64,000 bases of DNA from Alphaproteobacteria bacterium (lineage in GTDB: Bacteria > Pseudomonadota > Alphaproteobacteria > RF32 > CAG-239). Position 1 is the stretch's first letter. The number at the start of each line of letters is the position of its first letter. A program made the position numbers and the translations under genes. Shown here one piece after another: positions 16,791 to 27,392 of this stretch. The DNA lies in contig JAEEMQ010000030.1 of NCBI GenBank assembly GCA_016283295.1, positions 11,482-75,481 on the forward strand, given 5' to 3'. The notes beneath the pieces are model-generated. The model had not been told where the DNA came from, searched no databases, and saw only the letters and a program-made list of their open reading frames with translations.

Positions 16791-16826
16791 AAAAAGGCTG
16801 CCCCTCACAAGGCAACCTTTTTTTTA
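16791..16826. terminator. Bidirectional hairpin terminator between the small ORF and eno
   Basis: AGGCTGCC (16795-16802) / GGCAACCT (16811-16818) with one mismatch. Flanked by an A-run upstream and an 8-nt T-run downstream. It lies between convergent genes. Confidence 0.5.
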
Positions 16827-16842
16827 TTTGATTTTGTTTGAA

Positions 16843-18132
<1,290 letters not shown>

Positions 18133-18232
18133 CTATGTAATATATTAAGTGTTGGCTATAACTTAATTAATTTTTAACGATTGTCAAGCTAAATCACGGC
18201 TTATCGCCACAAAGAAAAACAAAATTATCGCA

Positions 18233-18270
18233 TAAAAAAAGACGCCTTGCTCATTTCAAGCAAGACGTCC
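18233..18270 (-). terminator. Rho-independent terminator of rpsU
   Basis: On the minus strand: GACGTCTTGC / GCAAGGCGTC stem (18241-18250 and 18260-18269, one mismatch), followed by a 7-nt U-run (A-run 18234-18240 on the plus strand). Confidence 0.6.
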
Positions 18271-18288
18271 GACGATAGTCTCAAATTT

Positions 18289-18495
18289 CTAGAAACCTTC
18301 GGTATCTAAGCGCTTACGCATTTGTTTGCGAGCACGACGTACTGCCTCAGCCTTACGACGAGCTTTTTTCTCGCAATTCTTTTCATGACAACGGCGCAAC
18401 TTCATTTCGCGGAAAACGCCTTCTCTTTGCATTTTCTTCTTCAAGATTTTCAAAGATTGGTTTACATCGTTGCCGATAACCGTAACCTGAACCAC
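18289..18495 (-). CDS. rpsU: 30S ribosomal protein S21
   Basis: 68 aa, basic, …[21 protein letters not shown]…ARRKA…, typical of S21. GTG start with AGGGGTG SD. Confidence 0.88.
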   Translation of the reverse strand: MVQVTVIGNDVNQSLKILKKKMQREGVFREMKLRRCHEKNCEKKARRKAEAVRRARKQMRKRLDTEGF

Positions 18496-18586
18496 TTAAA
18501 TCACCCCTTTCGGTTTAGTATATTGTTAAATTGTGCTTTTGTGTAGCACATGATTTTTTATTTTGCAAGCAAAAAATATTTTTTTG

Positions 18587-18799
18587 TTATGCAATAATGT
18601 TCGGATTGATACTGGATTCCACTTTATTTATCTTTTTAGCTAATCCGCTTTTTTGAGAGCTTAAACGGCGCGCCTGAAAAAAATCGATGGTTTTTCCTTG
18701 TTTGAGCAAACGGGACATATCCGTATTAACATGGCGTTGCTCTAACTTCAATTCGCAAAGCAAGAGCTGTAATTTAGCCGTTTTATCGTTCATAGTCAT
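18587..18799 (-). CDS. Small coiled-coil protein, DUF465 (YdcH)-like
   Basis: 70 aa. The pattern …ELKLEQRHVNTDMSRL…FFQARRLSSQKSGLAKKINKV resembles DUF465 helices. Weak call. Confidence 0.4.
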   Translation of the reverse strand: MTMNDKTAKLQLLLCELKLEQRHVNTDMSRLLKQGKTIDFFQARRLSSQKSGLAKKINKVESSINPNIIA

Positions 18800-18931
18800 C
18801 GGGTCGTTAGTCCTTTCTTTAAAATAAAGTTGTCATAAACTTTACTTTTTTAGTGGAAATTTTATATCAAAGTTGTAAAGAGTATACATCATTTTTAGTA
18901 TAAATGCAACTACAAAAAACGGAGAGAGTTG

Positions 18932-20008
18932 ATGAAAAAAATTAAAAAGATAGGTATTTTGACCAGCGGCGGCGACTGCGCCGGACTGAATGCCGTGATT
19001 TTTTCGGTTGTCAATGCGGCAACCCGTTTCGGCTGGGAAGTATACGGAATTCATGACGGTACCGACGGTTTAACCAACCGCCCGCTTTCTTATGAAGTTC
19101 TGACCGAATCGAATTTTTCGAACTCTCCGTGGCCGCGTCTTTCCGGCTCTTATCTCGGTTCGCTTAATACCGGGGTCAAAGAAGCTCCGGAAGTGCTTGC
19201 CAAACGCTTCGGCGAAGGGGTTAAGGAGCTGGGGCTGGACGCAATTTTGGTTGTGGGCGGCGACGGCAGTATGAATATCGTCAGCAACTATTGCAAAATG
19301 GCCGGTGTAAAGATGATCGGTATTCCGAAGACCATTGATAACGATACGCCGCTGACCGAGTTCTCCGTCGGCTTTAACACGGCTTGTCAGGCTTGTACCA
19401 ACGCTCTCGACGATTTGCTCTTAACCGCTCGTTCGCATCATCGGGCGCTGATTTTGGAAGTTATGGGCCGCGATGCCGGACACTTGGCTATTCACGCCGC
19501 GGTTGCCGGATTCGCCGATATTTGCCTGGTGCCGGAAATTCCGTATACCTTGCAGGGTATTATCAATAAATTGGAAGAAATCAAAAAAAGCGGCCGCCGC
19601 CATGCGCTGATTGTGGTATCCGAGGGGGTTAAAACCGAAAACGGCGAAGCGGTAACCGATGCGGTTAATATGGTCGGCGAAAAAATCAACGGCGGTATCG
19701 GCGAATATTTGAGCAAGCTGATTAATGCCAATTATAAAGGTTTTCAGACCCGTGTTACCAAGCTCGGACACGTTCAACGCTCGGGTAACCCGACGATGTT
19801 TGACCGCAGTTTGGGCGTAATTCTCGGTTCGGAAGCGGTGCGTCTGCTCTCTGAAGGGCATACCGACAGAATGGTGGCGCTTTCCGGCGGCAAGGTTACC
19901 TCGTTTGCTTTGGAGGAAGTTGTAGCGGCCGGGACCACCGGTTTGGACGCGCACAGCCCGTATGTAAAAGCCGCGCACAATATCGGAATGTATGTTGGCG
20001 AAGAATAA
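18932..20008 (+). CDS. pfkA: 6-phosphofructokinase (phosphoryl donor uncertain)
   Basis: GILTSGGDCAGLNAVI, VVGGDGS, IGIPKTIDND and MGRDAGHLA motifs. ATG 18932 follows the GGAGAGAG SD; TTG 18929 in the ORF track is too close to it. Confidence 0.9.
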   Translation: MKKIKKIGILTSGGDCAGLNAVIFSVVNAATRFGWEVYGIHDGTDGLTNRPLSYEVLTESNFSNSPWPRLSGSYLGSLNTGVKEAPEVLAKRFGEGVKELGLDAILVVGGDGSMNIVSNYCKMAGVKMIGIPKTIDNDTPLTEFSVGFNTACQACTNALDDLLLTARSHHRALILEVMGRDAGHLAIHAAVAGFADICLVPEIPYTLQGIINKLEEIKKSGRRHALIVVSEGVKTENGEAVTDAVNMVGEKINGGIGEYLSKLINANYKGFQTRVTKLGHVQRSGNPTMFDRSLGVILGSEAVRLLSEGHTDRMVALSGGKVTSFALEEVVAAGTTGLDAHSPYVKAAHNIGMYVGEE

Positions 20009-20029
20009 TCTGATAAAATATAATGCAAT

Positions 20030-20062
20030 AAAAAAACCGTTCTTAAGTGAACGGCTTTTTTA
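20030..20062. terminator. Bidirectional hairpin terminator between pfk and trxA
   Basis: CCGTTC (20037-20042) / GAACGG (20049-20054), flanked by an A-run (20031-20036) and a T-run (20056-20061). It lies between convergent genes. Confidence 0.6.
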
Positions 20063-20082
20063 TTAGCTTTTAAGCAAAAATA

Positions 20083-20400
20083 TTATTTATGTGATTGAAT
20101 CCAATCCTGAATAGTGGATTGAGTATTCAGGCCGACTTTGAAATCAACCTGTTTTCCGTCCTTAAACAGATACATGGTCGGAATACTGCGAATCCCGAGC
20201 TGTCCGGCAATTTCCGGCGAATCGTCTACGTTCATTTTATAGATTTTCACATCGCTGCCGATTTCATTATCAATCGCTTCCAAAATCGGGCCGAGCTGAC
20301 GGCATGGTCCGCACCATTCCGCCCAAAAATCCACCAATACCAAACCTTTGGCTTTTAATACGTTCTCATCGAACTGGCTGTCTGTTAAAGGTTGAGTCAT
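20083..20400 (-). CDS. trxA: Thioredoxin
   Basis: 105 aa with a WCGPC active site, GGAG SD, and a position downstream of addA. Confidence 0.95.
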   Translation of the reverse strand: MTQPLTDSQFDENVLKAKGLVLVDFWAEWCGPCRQLGPILEAIDNEIGSDVKIYKMNVDDSPEIAGQLGIRSIPTMYLFKDGKQVDFKVGLNTQSTIQDWIQSHK

Positions 20401-20488
20401 ATTTTTCTCCTCATGTTATTAATTGTGCCGTAAATATAATCTGTTTGCTTTCATATTAAAGATAAACAAAATAATTACAACACTTTTT

Positions 20489-23400
20489 TTACGCAATCCG
20501 CATCAACCGCGTTTCGTTGGTCCATAAAATATAGGTTTCAATCGGTTTATCCGGATAAATCAGCGCCACCAGCTTGGCATACGTATCGAGCTGATTGAGA
20601 TATACGCTCGGCGTTTGCTCAACGCTTTTATAGGCCGGACGGTTGGTTTTGAAGTCAACGATTTTTATTTTATCCGGCAGCACCACCAGGCGGTCGATTT
20701 GCGCCGAGATAATCTTGCCTTCAACCACGCCCATAACCGGCACTTCTGCCCGGGAAAACGGACCGAAAATTTCGGCGAATTCCGAAGTTTTTATCAGGCG
20801 AATAACCTCCGATTTTATCTGTTGACATTCCGCGGCGGAAAAGTCTGTTGCATATTTTTGCAGATAAATATCGACGGCCTCTTCCTGATTGCCGGCATTA
20901 TGCGGCAAAAATTGCAACAAACGGTGAATCAGCGTACCGCGGCGATAGAATTTTTCGTTATCAGCCAACGGAGAAGCCGAATCCGGCTCCTCGTCGGTTT
21001 CTTCCTTAGACGGCGTATACGGCTTGGCTAAGGCTTTTTCCGGTTCCAGATTTGCTTCTATCCACGGCGCAAAAGCAAATTCTCCGATAGAGAGAACATC
21101 CTTCTTCTTTTGCTCTTTTGCCACGTATTCCTCCGAGATTTCCTCTATCTCGACATTCTTTCTGCTGTCGTCGGTATCAAAAGCTCTGCGGCATATTTCA
21201 TACCACGAATCGGCATTGCGCTCGCCGTAAGCTCCGATGTAAAGCTCGTCTTCGGCGCGAGTTAAGGCCACATACAACAAGCGATGGTATTCCTGAGCCG
21301 ATTTGACGGCTCTTTCCTGATTGAGCTCGTTGCAATATTCGTCAAAATAACTCGCATTCAACGGATAATAACCGAGTTTTTCATCTTGCAAAAAGGTATT
21401 TCCTTTGGAAACTTTCGGCAAGGTACCTGTATCAGGCAAAAACACTATCGGCGCTTGCAAACCTTTAGAATGGTGCACGGTGAACAGCCGCACCGCATCG
21501 GTTTCCGGGTCGTCGCTTTCGCGTTTAATGACACGGTTGCTTTGTTCAAACCAGGAAATAAATCCCTGCAAACTCGGAATCTGGTGCTGTTCATAATCCA
21601 GCGCCAAATTCAAGAATTCATCCAAAGCATCTTCAACCTCTTGCCCCATGCGCGAAACAAATTTGCGGCGACCGCCCATGGTTGAAAGTACAAAATTGAA
21701 CAGTTCAAACGGACGAATATAATCCAAATTATTCAACAATGTTACCAGCCGGCCGTAAATTTCGGCACAACGCGGCTCATGCCCCATTCTGTCCCACAAC
21801 GTTTCGCCCTTTTCGCGGCCGTAGCATAAATCTTCAAGCAGTTTTTCATCAATGGAGAACAGCGGAGAAGTCAGAACTTCGGCCAAAGACAGGTTATCTT
21901 GCGGAAACAGCAAAAATTTGCCGAGTGACACCAAATCCTGAATGGCAATTTGCTCGGAAAGCACCATTTTATCGGCACCGGAAACCGCCACATTTTCTTT
22001 TTCGCAGGCACGTATAAATTCTTCCACAAAATCGTTGCGAGTGCGCACCAAAACCATAATATCGCGATAATGCAGCGGCTTATCGGTTTTGGCACGGGCA
22101 TCCATCAGCTGCCGAATCCGCCGCGCCGTAGCTTCGGCCATTTTGGTAACCAGCGCGGTTTTATAAACCCGTTCCGTCGGCGGCCGCAGATATTCGTCCT
22201 CTTTATGGATATCCTCCCCTTCTTCCGGCTCCATCAGCGGCATAATCGTTACCTTGGCAAATTGTCCGACACGGCTGGGCTTATGTTCGACTTTTTCATC
22301 GTCAATAACCACCCCGTCGGCGGCCTTATCGGTAGCAAATATTTTATTGACCGAATCCATAATTGCCGGAGCCGAGCGGAAAGAAATATCCAAATTCACT
22401 TTTTGGAATTTTTTATGCGCTATGGCAGCTTTTTCTTTGAACTTTTTTGCCATTTTATCAAATTTATCCGGGTCTGCTCCCTGAAAACTGAAAATCGATT
22501 GCTTACGATCGCCGACCACAAACAGCGTACGATTAACTTCGCTTTGTCCTTCGCCGCTGAAAAAATCTTCGCTCAGATGGGCGATGATATCCCATTGTTC
22601 CGGCGATGTATCCTGCGCTTCATCCACCAAAATATGGTCAATGCCGCCGTCCAATTTATACAGCACCCATTGGCGGGAGCCCGAATCATTCAACAAATTG
22701 CGCGTGTGATAAATCAAATCATCAAAATCCATACACGCCTGCGCTTGTTTATATGCCTCGTAGCGGCTATTGATTTCTTCTGCCAAAATAAAGGCCGCTT
22801 TGGTGGATTGATAAAGTTTTTGGCGCAGCAATTTTTCTTCGGTCTGTTGCAACAAATCACCTTCAAAATATAATCGGTCCAAAAGCAACGGGTCAAATTC
22901 TTTGGCATCGTTGGTGGCTAAACTTCTACCCTGATTCAATGCATTTGTGGTTTTAGCAAAATAACAGCTTTTATAGTCATCATAATCTTGACCGATAAAA
23001 CCTCTTTCCAACAGCTTTTGTAATTTATCGGCCTTGGCTACGTCTGACGGAGCGCCGTGTCCCCATGCTTCAATAATGGCTTTAATCTCATTAATTCGAG
23101 CCCGAACCGCATCCATAAATTCGGCTTTCAAACTTTCTTGCGTATCGCTGTCTTTTATTCCCAATTTGGCGGAGAGTTTTTCCAAAAAGCCGTTTAACCC
23201 GCCGCAATCGGTCATAATTTTTGCCATTTTGCGCCGATTGCCGATAATTTTTTGCACCGTACCGCTAAATGTAAACTCCGTCGCGTTATTTATCAGATAA
23301 GCACGGGCAAACGTCAACGACGGATTATCGTCCGGACCGTCATCCTGCACGATTTCCGCCTTGATTTGCTTTAAGGCCTTTTGCACCTCCTCATCTTCCA

Positions 23401-23878
23401 AAACGGTAAAATACGGCGAAACACCGGCTTCAAGCGGAAAACGCTTCAAAACATCGGTACAAAAACTGTGCAGAGTCTGCACTTTTATGCCACCGGGAGT
23501 GTCCAACAGTTTGGCAAACAAAGTACGGGCTTTTTGCCGATAACGACGTGCCGCATCGACCGAGTTATATTCGTCTCCGAGCAGTTTGGCCAGTTTTTCT
23601 TCCAACTTACTTTCTTCTTCCACCGCCCACTCGCTCAACCGCTGCGAGATACGCGTCAGCATTTCCACCGCCGCCGCTTTGGTATAAGTCAGACATAATA
23701 AGCGAGCCGGATTAACCTCATTTAACAGCAACCGCAAAACCCGGTCGGTAAGCACCTGAGTTTTGCCGGTACCGGCCGAAGCTTCAACCCATACCGATTG
23801 CTCCGGATTTGCGGCATCACGCTGTTGCTCGGTAGCCATTTTTTCCAATTTTTCTTTTTCCGATACAAAATCCGTCAT
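20489..23878 (-). CDS. addA: Double-strand break repair helicase-nuclease AddA
   Basis: 1129 aa. UvrD-type Walker A ASAGTGKT, helicase motifs (VDEAQDTSP, …HHSKGLQAP…, ALTRAEDEL) and a C-terminal PD-(D/E)xK nuclease region (…QIDRLVV…VDFKT). It follows addB. Confidence 0.9.
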   Translation of the reverse strand: MTDFVSEKEKLEKMATEQQRDAANPEQSVWVEASAGTGKTQVLTDRVLRLLLNEVNPARLLCLTYTKAAAVEMLTRISQRLSEWAVEEESKLEEKLAKLLGDEYNSVDAARRYRQKARTLFAKLLDTPGGIKVQTLHSFCTDVLKRFPLEAGVSPYFTVLEDEEVQKALKQIKAEIVQDDGPDDNPSLTFARAYLINNATEFTFSGTVQKIIGNRRKMAKIMTDCGGLNGFLEKLSAKLGIKDSDTQESLKAEFMDAVRARINEIKAIIEAWGHGAPSDVAKADKLQKLLERGFIGQDYDDYKSCYFAKTTNALNQGRSLATNDAKEFDPLLLDRLYFEGDLLQQTEEKLLRQKLYQSTKAAFILAEEINSRYEAYKQAQACMDFDDLIYHTRNLLNDSGSRQWVLYKLDGGIDHILVDEAQDTSPEQWDIIAHLSEDFFSGEGQSEVNRTLFVVGDRKQSIFSFQGADPDKFDKMAKKFKEKAAIAHKKFQKVNLDISFRSAPAIMDSVNKIFATDKAADGVVIDDEKVEHKPSRVGQFAKVTIMPLMEPEEGEDIHKEDEYLRPPTERVYKTALVTKMAEATARRIRQLMDARAKTDKPLHYRDIMVLVRTRNDFVEEFIRACEKENVAVSGADKMVLSEQIAIQDLVSLGKFLLFPQDNLSLAEVLTSPLFSIDEKLLEDLCYGREKGETLWDRMGHEPRCAEIYGRLVTLLNNLDYIRPFELFNFVLSTMGGRRKFVSRMGQEVEDALDEFLNLALDYEQHQIPSLQGFISWFEQSNRVIKRESDDPETDAVRLFTVHHSKGLQAPIVFLPDTGTLPKVSKGNTFLQDEKLGYYPLNASYFDEYCNELNQERAVKSAQEYHRLLYVALTRAEDELYIGAYGERNADSWYEICRRAFDTDDSRKNVEIEEISEEYVAKEQKKKDVLSIGEFAFAPWIEANLEPEKALAKPYTPSKEETDEEPDSASPLADNEKFYRRGTLIHRLLQFLPHNAGNQEEAVDIYLQKYATDFSAAECQQIKSEVIRLIKTSEFAEIFGPFSRAEVPVMGVVEGKIISAQIDRLVVLPDKIKIVDFKTNRPAYKSVEQTPSVYLNQLDTYAKLVALIYPDKPIETYILWTNETRLMRIA

Positions 23879-23881
23879 AGC

Positions 23882-26788
23882 CTATTCCTCCGCCTTATTG
23901 TTAACGTGAACACACCACTCGTCCAAGCGCGACAGATGGTCATAATCCGAGCTGTTGCCGACATCGGAAGGACGCGGCTTTACCAGATACGGATGTTTTT
24001 CATCGGCATACGCATTAATAAGATTCTGCACGATTTCCCTGGTAACCGCCAACGCTCCGGCGCTGTCGGCACCTTTAATGCCTTTGACTTGCTCGTCTTT
24101 AAACGCCCAATACTGCATACCGCTCACCGTGGCCGCCGCCACGTCTTTGAAACCGCCGGCCTCGGCAATCAGCCCCTCTACCGGCAGCTGCGGAGCCTTA
24201 CCGGCTTTGATTTCTTTAAGCGAACGCGCGGCGCCGGTTTTATAATCAACAATGTTCAACGTACCGTCTTTCAATTCTTCAATACGGTCGGCCGAAGAAA
24301 AGATTTTAAATTTTCCGAGCGGACTCGGCAAATAGGTTTCGCCGTCCGTCTCGTTATACAACTGTTTGATTGCGGCGCGGCGTTTTTGCTCCTCGGCAAC
24401 GACCCATTCGATTTGTTTTACGTAATTGGGCCACCAAAAAGCCAATTTTTCCGGCGGGACACCCGCATTGTTAAACGCCGTACGCCCGCGTTCCAGCAGC
24501 ATGGAGCGTGCCTCGTCTGCCGGCGGGTAAAAATCCTTATTGTATTCGTTGTTAAAATCTTTCAAAATTTCGTGCACGATAATGCCGTAATCATACGATT
24601 GTTTTTCCGCATCCAAAGCCTCCAGCGGGCGCAGACCCAAAATATATTTGGCATAAATTTCATACGGGTTGCGCATTAATTTTTCGATGTTGGTGGCAGA
24701 TAAATTATCCGGCCGCCGCGACACCTTCGGACACGGATGCGGCGCCGTAATCGGATGATATCCGCCGGTACGGTCCGCCGTTTTGGCCCAATAAGCATAC
24801 GGCTGAGTATAAATAAAGGCCCGCTTGGCAAGCTCGGTACCGAAATTGGCCTCGAGCACGGTTTCAAAGCGCAACCACCACCGCGATTTGCTGGTCGGGT
24901 CTTTTCCTACTTTTTTGGAGCGGGTGATATATACCTCGGGCGCATTCATCAGGTGCGCAAAGTCCGCGGCCGCCACCCCGATTTGTCTTTCCGGTTGCGA
25001 CAACCCGAATTCTTTTTTCATCGGCCGCGACATCCACATATCGGCTTCCGGAATTTTCGGCCACGTACCTTCGTTTGCACCGCCGATTATCGTCACATCA
25101 TACTGTGTCAATCTGGCTTCAATCGGGCCCAAAATTTTGACGCGCGGATGAGTGCCGTAACGCGCACGCACGCTCTGCTCGGCCAGCAGCGTCGCCAAAA
25201 ATGCCGCATACTCCGCGGTTTTTATCGTCCCCATATTGCCGCTTTTGGCTGCAAAATCGCTTACCCATCCGGCGGCAACCTTACCGGCATCGTTTTTCCA
25301 AATTATCTGTGCGCCGGTTTTAAGGTCGGTATCGGCCAAATTTTCGGCCACAACGATATGGGTACGGAAAATCGTTTGCAAATCAACCGCCGGCTGCTCG
25401 TATAAATCACGCAACGGCCGAATTCGCTCACAAAAATCATCATAAAAAGCTTGGGTATCATCATCAAAATCCCACCCTTTGCGCAAAGCATACTCCAGCG
25501 ATTTTATGCGCCGGTGAAAGGTAGAAGTATCCAACCCGCACGAAGTAAACGGGTGTTTCAACAAAGTAATCAAAGCCGTATCGGTGGCGCTGCTCACATA
25601 TTCGCAAATAAGTTGCAGATAAATTCCCGGCGGGGTCAAACTCAGCGGTTTTCCGGCCGAATCGTCGGCGGCAATATTCCATTTTTGCAACTCCGATACC
25701 ACTCGGCGCGACAGGTTACGGTCCATGGTTACCAACGCGGCCGTTTTGCCCGGAGTTTCCAAAGTATGGCGCATAATCAGGGCAACAGCCTGAGCCTCCT
25801 GCCGCATATCGTCGCAACTTATCAGCTTGATTTGCGCAAAGGCATCTTCGGGCAAAGGATGCGCGGTTAAATCGCGCCACGCGGCAGATGTTTCGGCCGG
25901 ACGGAAAGTTTCCGCCACGATTTTTTCCCGCACGGAGAACACTTCCGTGCCGATATTTTTGACCGAATCGCGGGAAATTTGCAAATAATCCAAAAGCTCT
26001 TTCAGCTCGTATTGCGGATGATTCTCGTCGATTTTTGCCCATTCGTCATCGCTTAAATATCGATCCAGACCGTATAAATAAACTTCGCCGTGCGGCAACT
26101 CCGTAACCGTTTTAACCAACTCTTTCAAAATCGGGAAAGCCGCCGTGGTTCCGGCCACCACGATATGTTGCTCGGTTTGTGTTTTTTTCCAAAATTCGAT
26201 TTCGCCCCTTAACAACAAATTGCGGCGTTCGGCTTCGTCTATTTTCCCCTGGTCGGCCAAAATCTGCGGCCAATATTCGGTTATGATTTCAAGCAATTTA
26301 ATGGTTTGTTGCCAATGTTCCGCATATTCCGACGACACCAAATCAGCGATTTTATCAAAACTCAGGCCCTCGTTATAAACCATATCCCTGAGCGCCGAAA
26401 GATTGCGGGCCAAAGCATAAGCCTGTGCCAACGATATCGAATCCAGCCCCAAACTCGTTTTTTTCAAAATCATTTTGGTAAATTGCATAATTTTATCGGT
26501 ATCATCAATCGCCGGCGGCAAATCTTTCAGTACCGACGCATCGGAAGTGAGCAATACCTCGTCTTCGTCCGCCTCCGCCAACGGTTTCATTTGCGGCAGA
26601 ATCGTCGGAGTTAACCCGCGCTTACGCACGAATGCATCGGCCAAACTTTGGCAGGCTCGACGGTTAGGCAATAAAAACAAAACCCGTGCCAAACCTTCCG
26701 GATTTGTTTCGTAGAGTTCCAAGTAACGCGCGGCCAACACATCAACAAACGAATCGCCGGCGCTGATGTTGAAAATTTTTTGTTGCAT
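23882..26788 (-). CDS. addB: Double-strand break repair protein AddB
   Basis: 968 aa with a C-terminal nuclease motif (…IVDYKTG…). Immediately upstream of addA (3-nt spacer). AAGGAG SD. Confidence 0.88.
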   Translation of the reverse strand: MQQKIFNISAGDSFVDVLAARYLELYETNPEGLARVLFLLPNRRACQSLADAFVRKRGLTPTILPQMKPLAEADEDEVLLTSDASVLKDLPPAIDDTDKIMQFTKMILKKTSLGLDSISLAQAYALARNLSALRDMVYNEGLSFDKIADLVSSEYAEHWQQTIKLLEIITEYWPQILADQGKIDEAERRNLLLRGEIEFWKKTQTEQHIVVAGTTAAFPILKELVKTVTELPHGEVYLYGLDRYLSDDEWAKIDENHPQYELKELLDYLQISRDSVKNIGTEVFSVREKIVAETFRPAETSAAWRDLTAHPLPEDAFAQIKLISCDDMRQEAQAVALIMRHTLETPGKTAALVTMDRNLSRRVVSELQKWNIAADDSAGKPLSLTPPGIYLQLICEYVSSATDTALITLLKHPFTSCGLDTSTFHRRIKSLEYALRKGWDFDDDTQAFYDDFCERIRPLRDLYEQPAVDLQTIFRTHIVVAENLADTDLKTGAQIIWKNDAGKVAAGWVSDFAAKSGNMGTIKTAEYAAFLATLLAEQSVRARYGTHPRVKILGPIEARLTQYDVTIIGGANEGTWPKIPEADMWMSRPMKKEFGLSQPERQIGVAAADFAHLMNAPEVYITRSKKVGKDPTSKSRWWLRFETVLEANFGTELAKRAFIYTQPYAYWAKTADRTGGYHPITAPHPCPKVSRRPDNLSATNIEKLMRNPYEIYAKYILGLRPLEALDAEKQSYDYGIIVHEILKDFNNEYNKDFYPPADEARSMLLERGRTAFNNAGVPPEKLAFWWPNYVKQIEWVVAEEQKRRAAIKQLYNETDGETYLPSPLGKFKIFSSADRIEELKDGTLNIVDYKTGAARSLKEIKAGKAPQLPVEGLIAEAGGFKDVAAATVSGMQYWAFKDEQVKGIKGADSAGALAVTREIVQNLINAYADEKHPYLVKPRPSDVGNSSDYDHLSRLDEWCVHVNNKAEE

Positions 26789-26798
26789 GGCAAACTCC

Positions 26799-27392
26799 TT
26801 ATAATGAAGTCAGATATTCTTTGAATTTTTGCATGGCGCGGCCGCGATGAGATATTTTGTTTTTATCGGCCTTGGCCATTTGCGCAAAACTGATGTCGTA
26901 CCCGTCGGGAATAAACAGCGGATCATAACCGAAGCCTTCGGCACCTTCCGTTTTTTGTTCGGCAATCGTGCCGTCAACCCGCCCTTCAAACAACTCGTAT
27001 TTACCGTCCGGAAAAGATAAAGATACAACACACGAAAAATGTGCTTTGCGACTTTTATTGTTGCTTTGCGCCATAGCCTGTAGCAATTTATCCATCCCTT
27101 TATCAAAATCGCGATTAGGAGCATAGCGCGCCGAATATACCCCCGGAGCACCGTCAAGCGCATCGACACACAGTCCCGAATCGTCGGCAATACACGGAAT
27201 TCCCGCCGCCTTTGCCATTGTCTGCGATTTCAGCAACGAATTTTCGGCAAAGGTCGTACCGGTTTCTTCCACATCTGGTAAATTCATATCTTCCGCCGTT
27301 TTTACAGCGATTCCCAGCGGCTCCAGCATTTGCCTGATTTCCTTGATTTTTCCGGCATTATGACTGGCAAACAAAATTTCGCTGATTTTCAT
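26799..27392 (-). CDS. rdgB: dITP/XTP pyrophosphatase (RdgB/HAM1 family)
   Basis: 197 aa: …ILFASHNAGKIKEI…, …TGTTFAENSLLK…, …DDSGLCVDALDGAPGVYSARY…, …GFGYDPLF…, …SHRGRA. Abuts the rph stop. Confidence 0.92.
   Translation of the reverse strand: MKISEILFASHNAGKIKEIRQMLEPLGIAVKTAEDMNLPDVEETGTTFAENSLLKSQTMAKAAGIPCIADDSGLCVDALDGAPGVYSARYAPNRDFDKGMDKLLQAMAQSNNKSRKAHFSCVVSLSFPDGKYELFEGRVDGTIAEQKTEGAEGFGYDPLFIPDGYDISFAQMAKADKNKISHRGRAMQKFKEYLTSL

Noticed and set aside
21950-22873. Long plus-strand ORFs of 200-340 aa lying antisense to large minus-strand genes. Besides this one they include 1326-2078 (which is minus-strand, antisense to the plus-strand sufB), 23798-24679, 24737-25405, 27850-28632, 35423-36391, 44067-44822, 57484-58272, 60225-60884 and 62868-63887.
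   Set aside because: Each lies fully inside a gene with unmistakable homology on the other strand (addA, addB, rph/aroK, ABC, OMF, T4CP, hppA and so on). Their translations are Arg/Phe/Ile/Gln-rich low-information sequences without SDs. They are typical shadow frames of the host codon bias.
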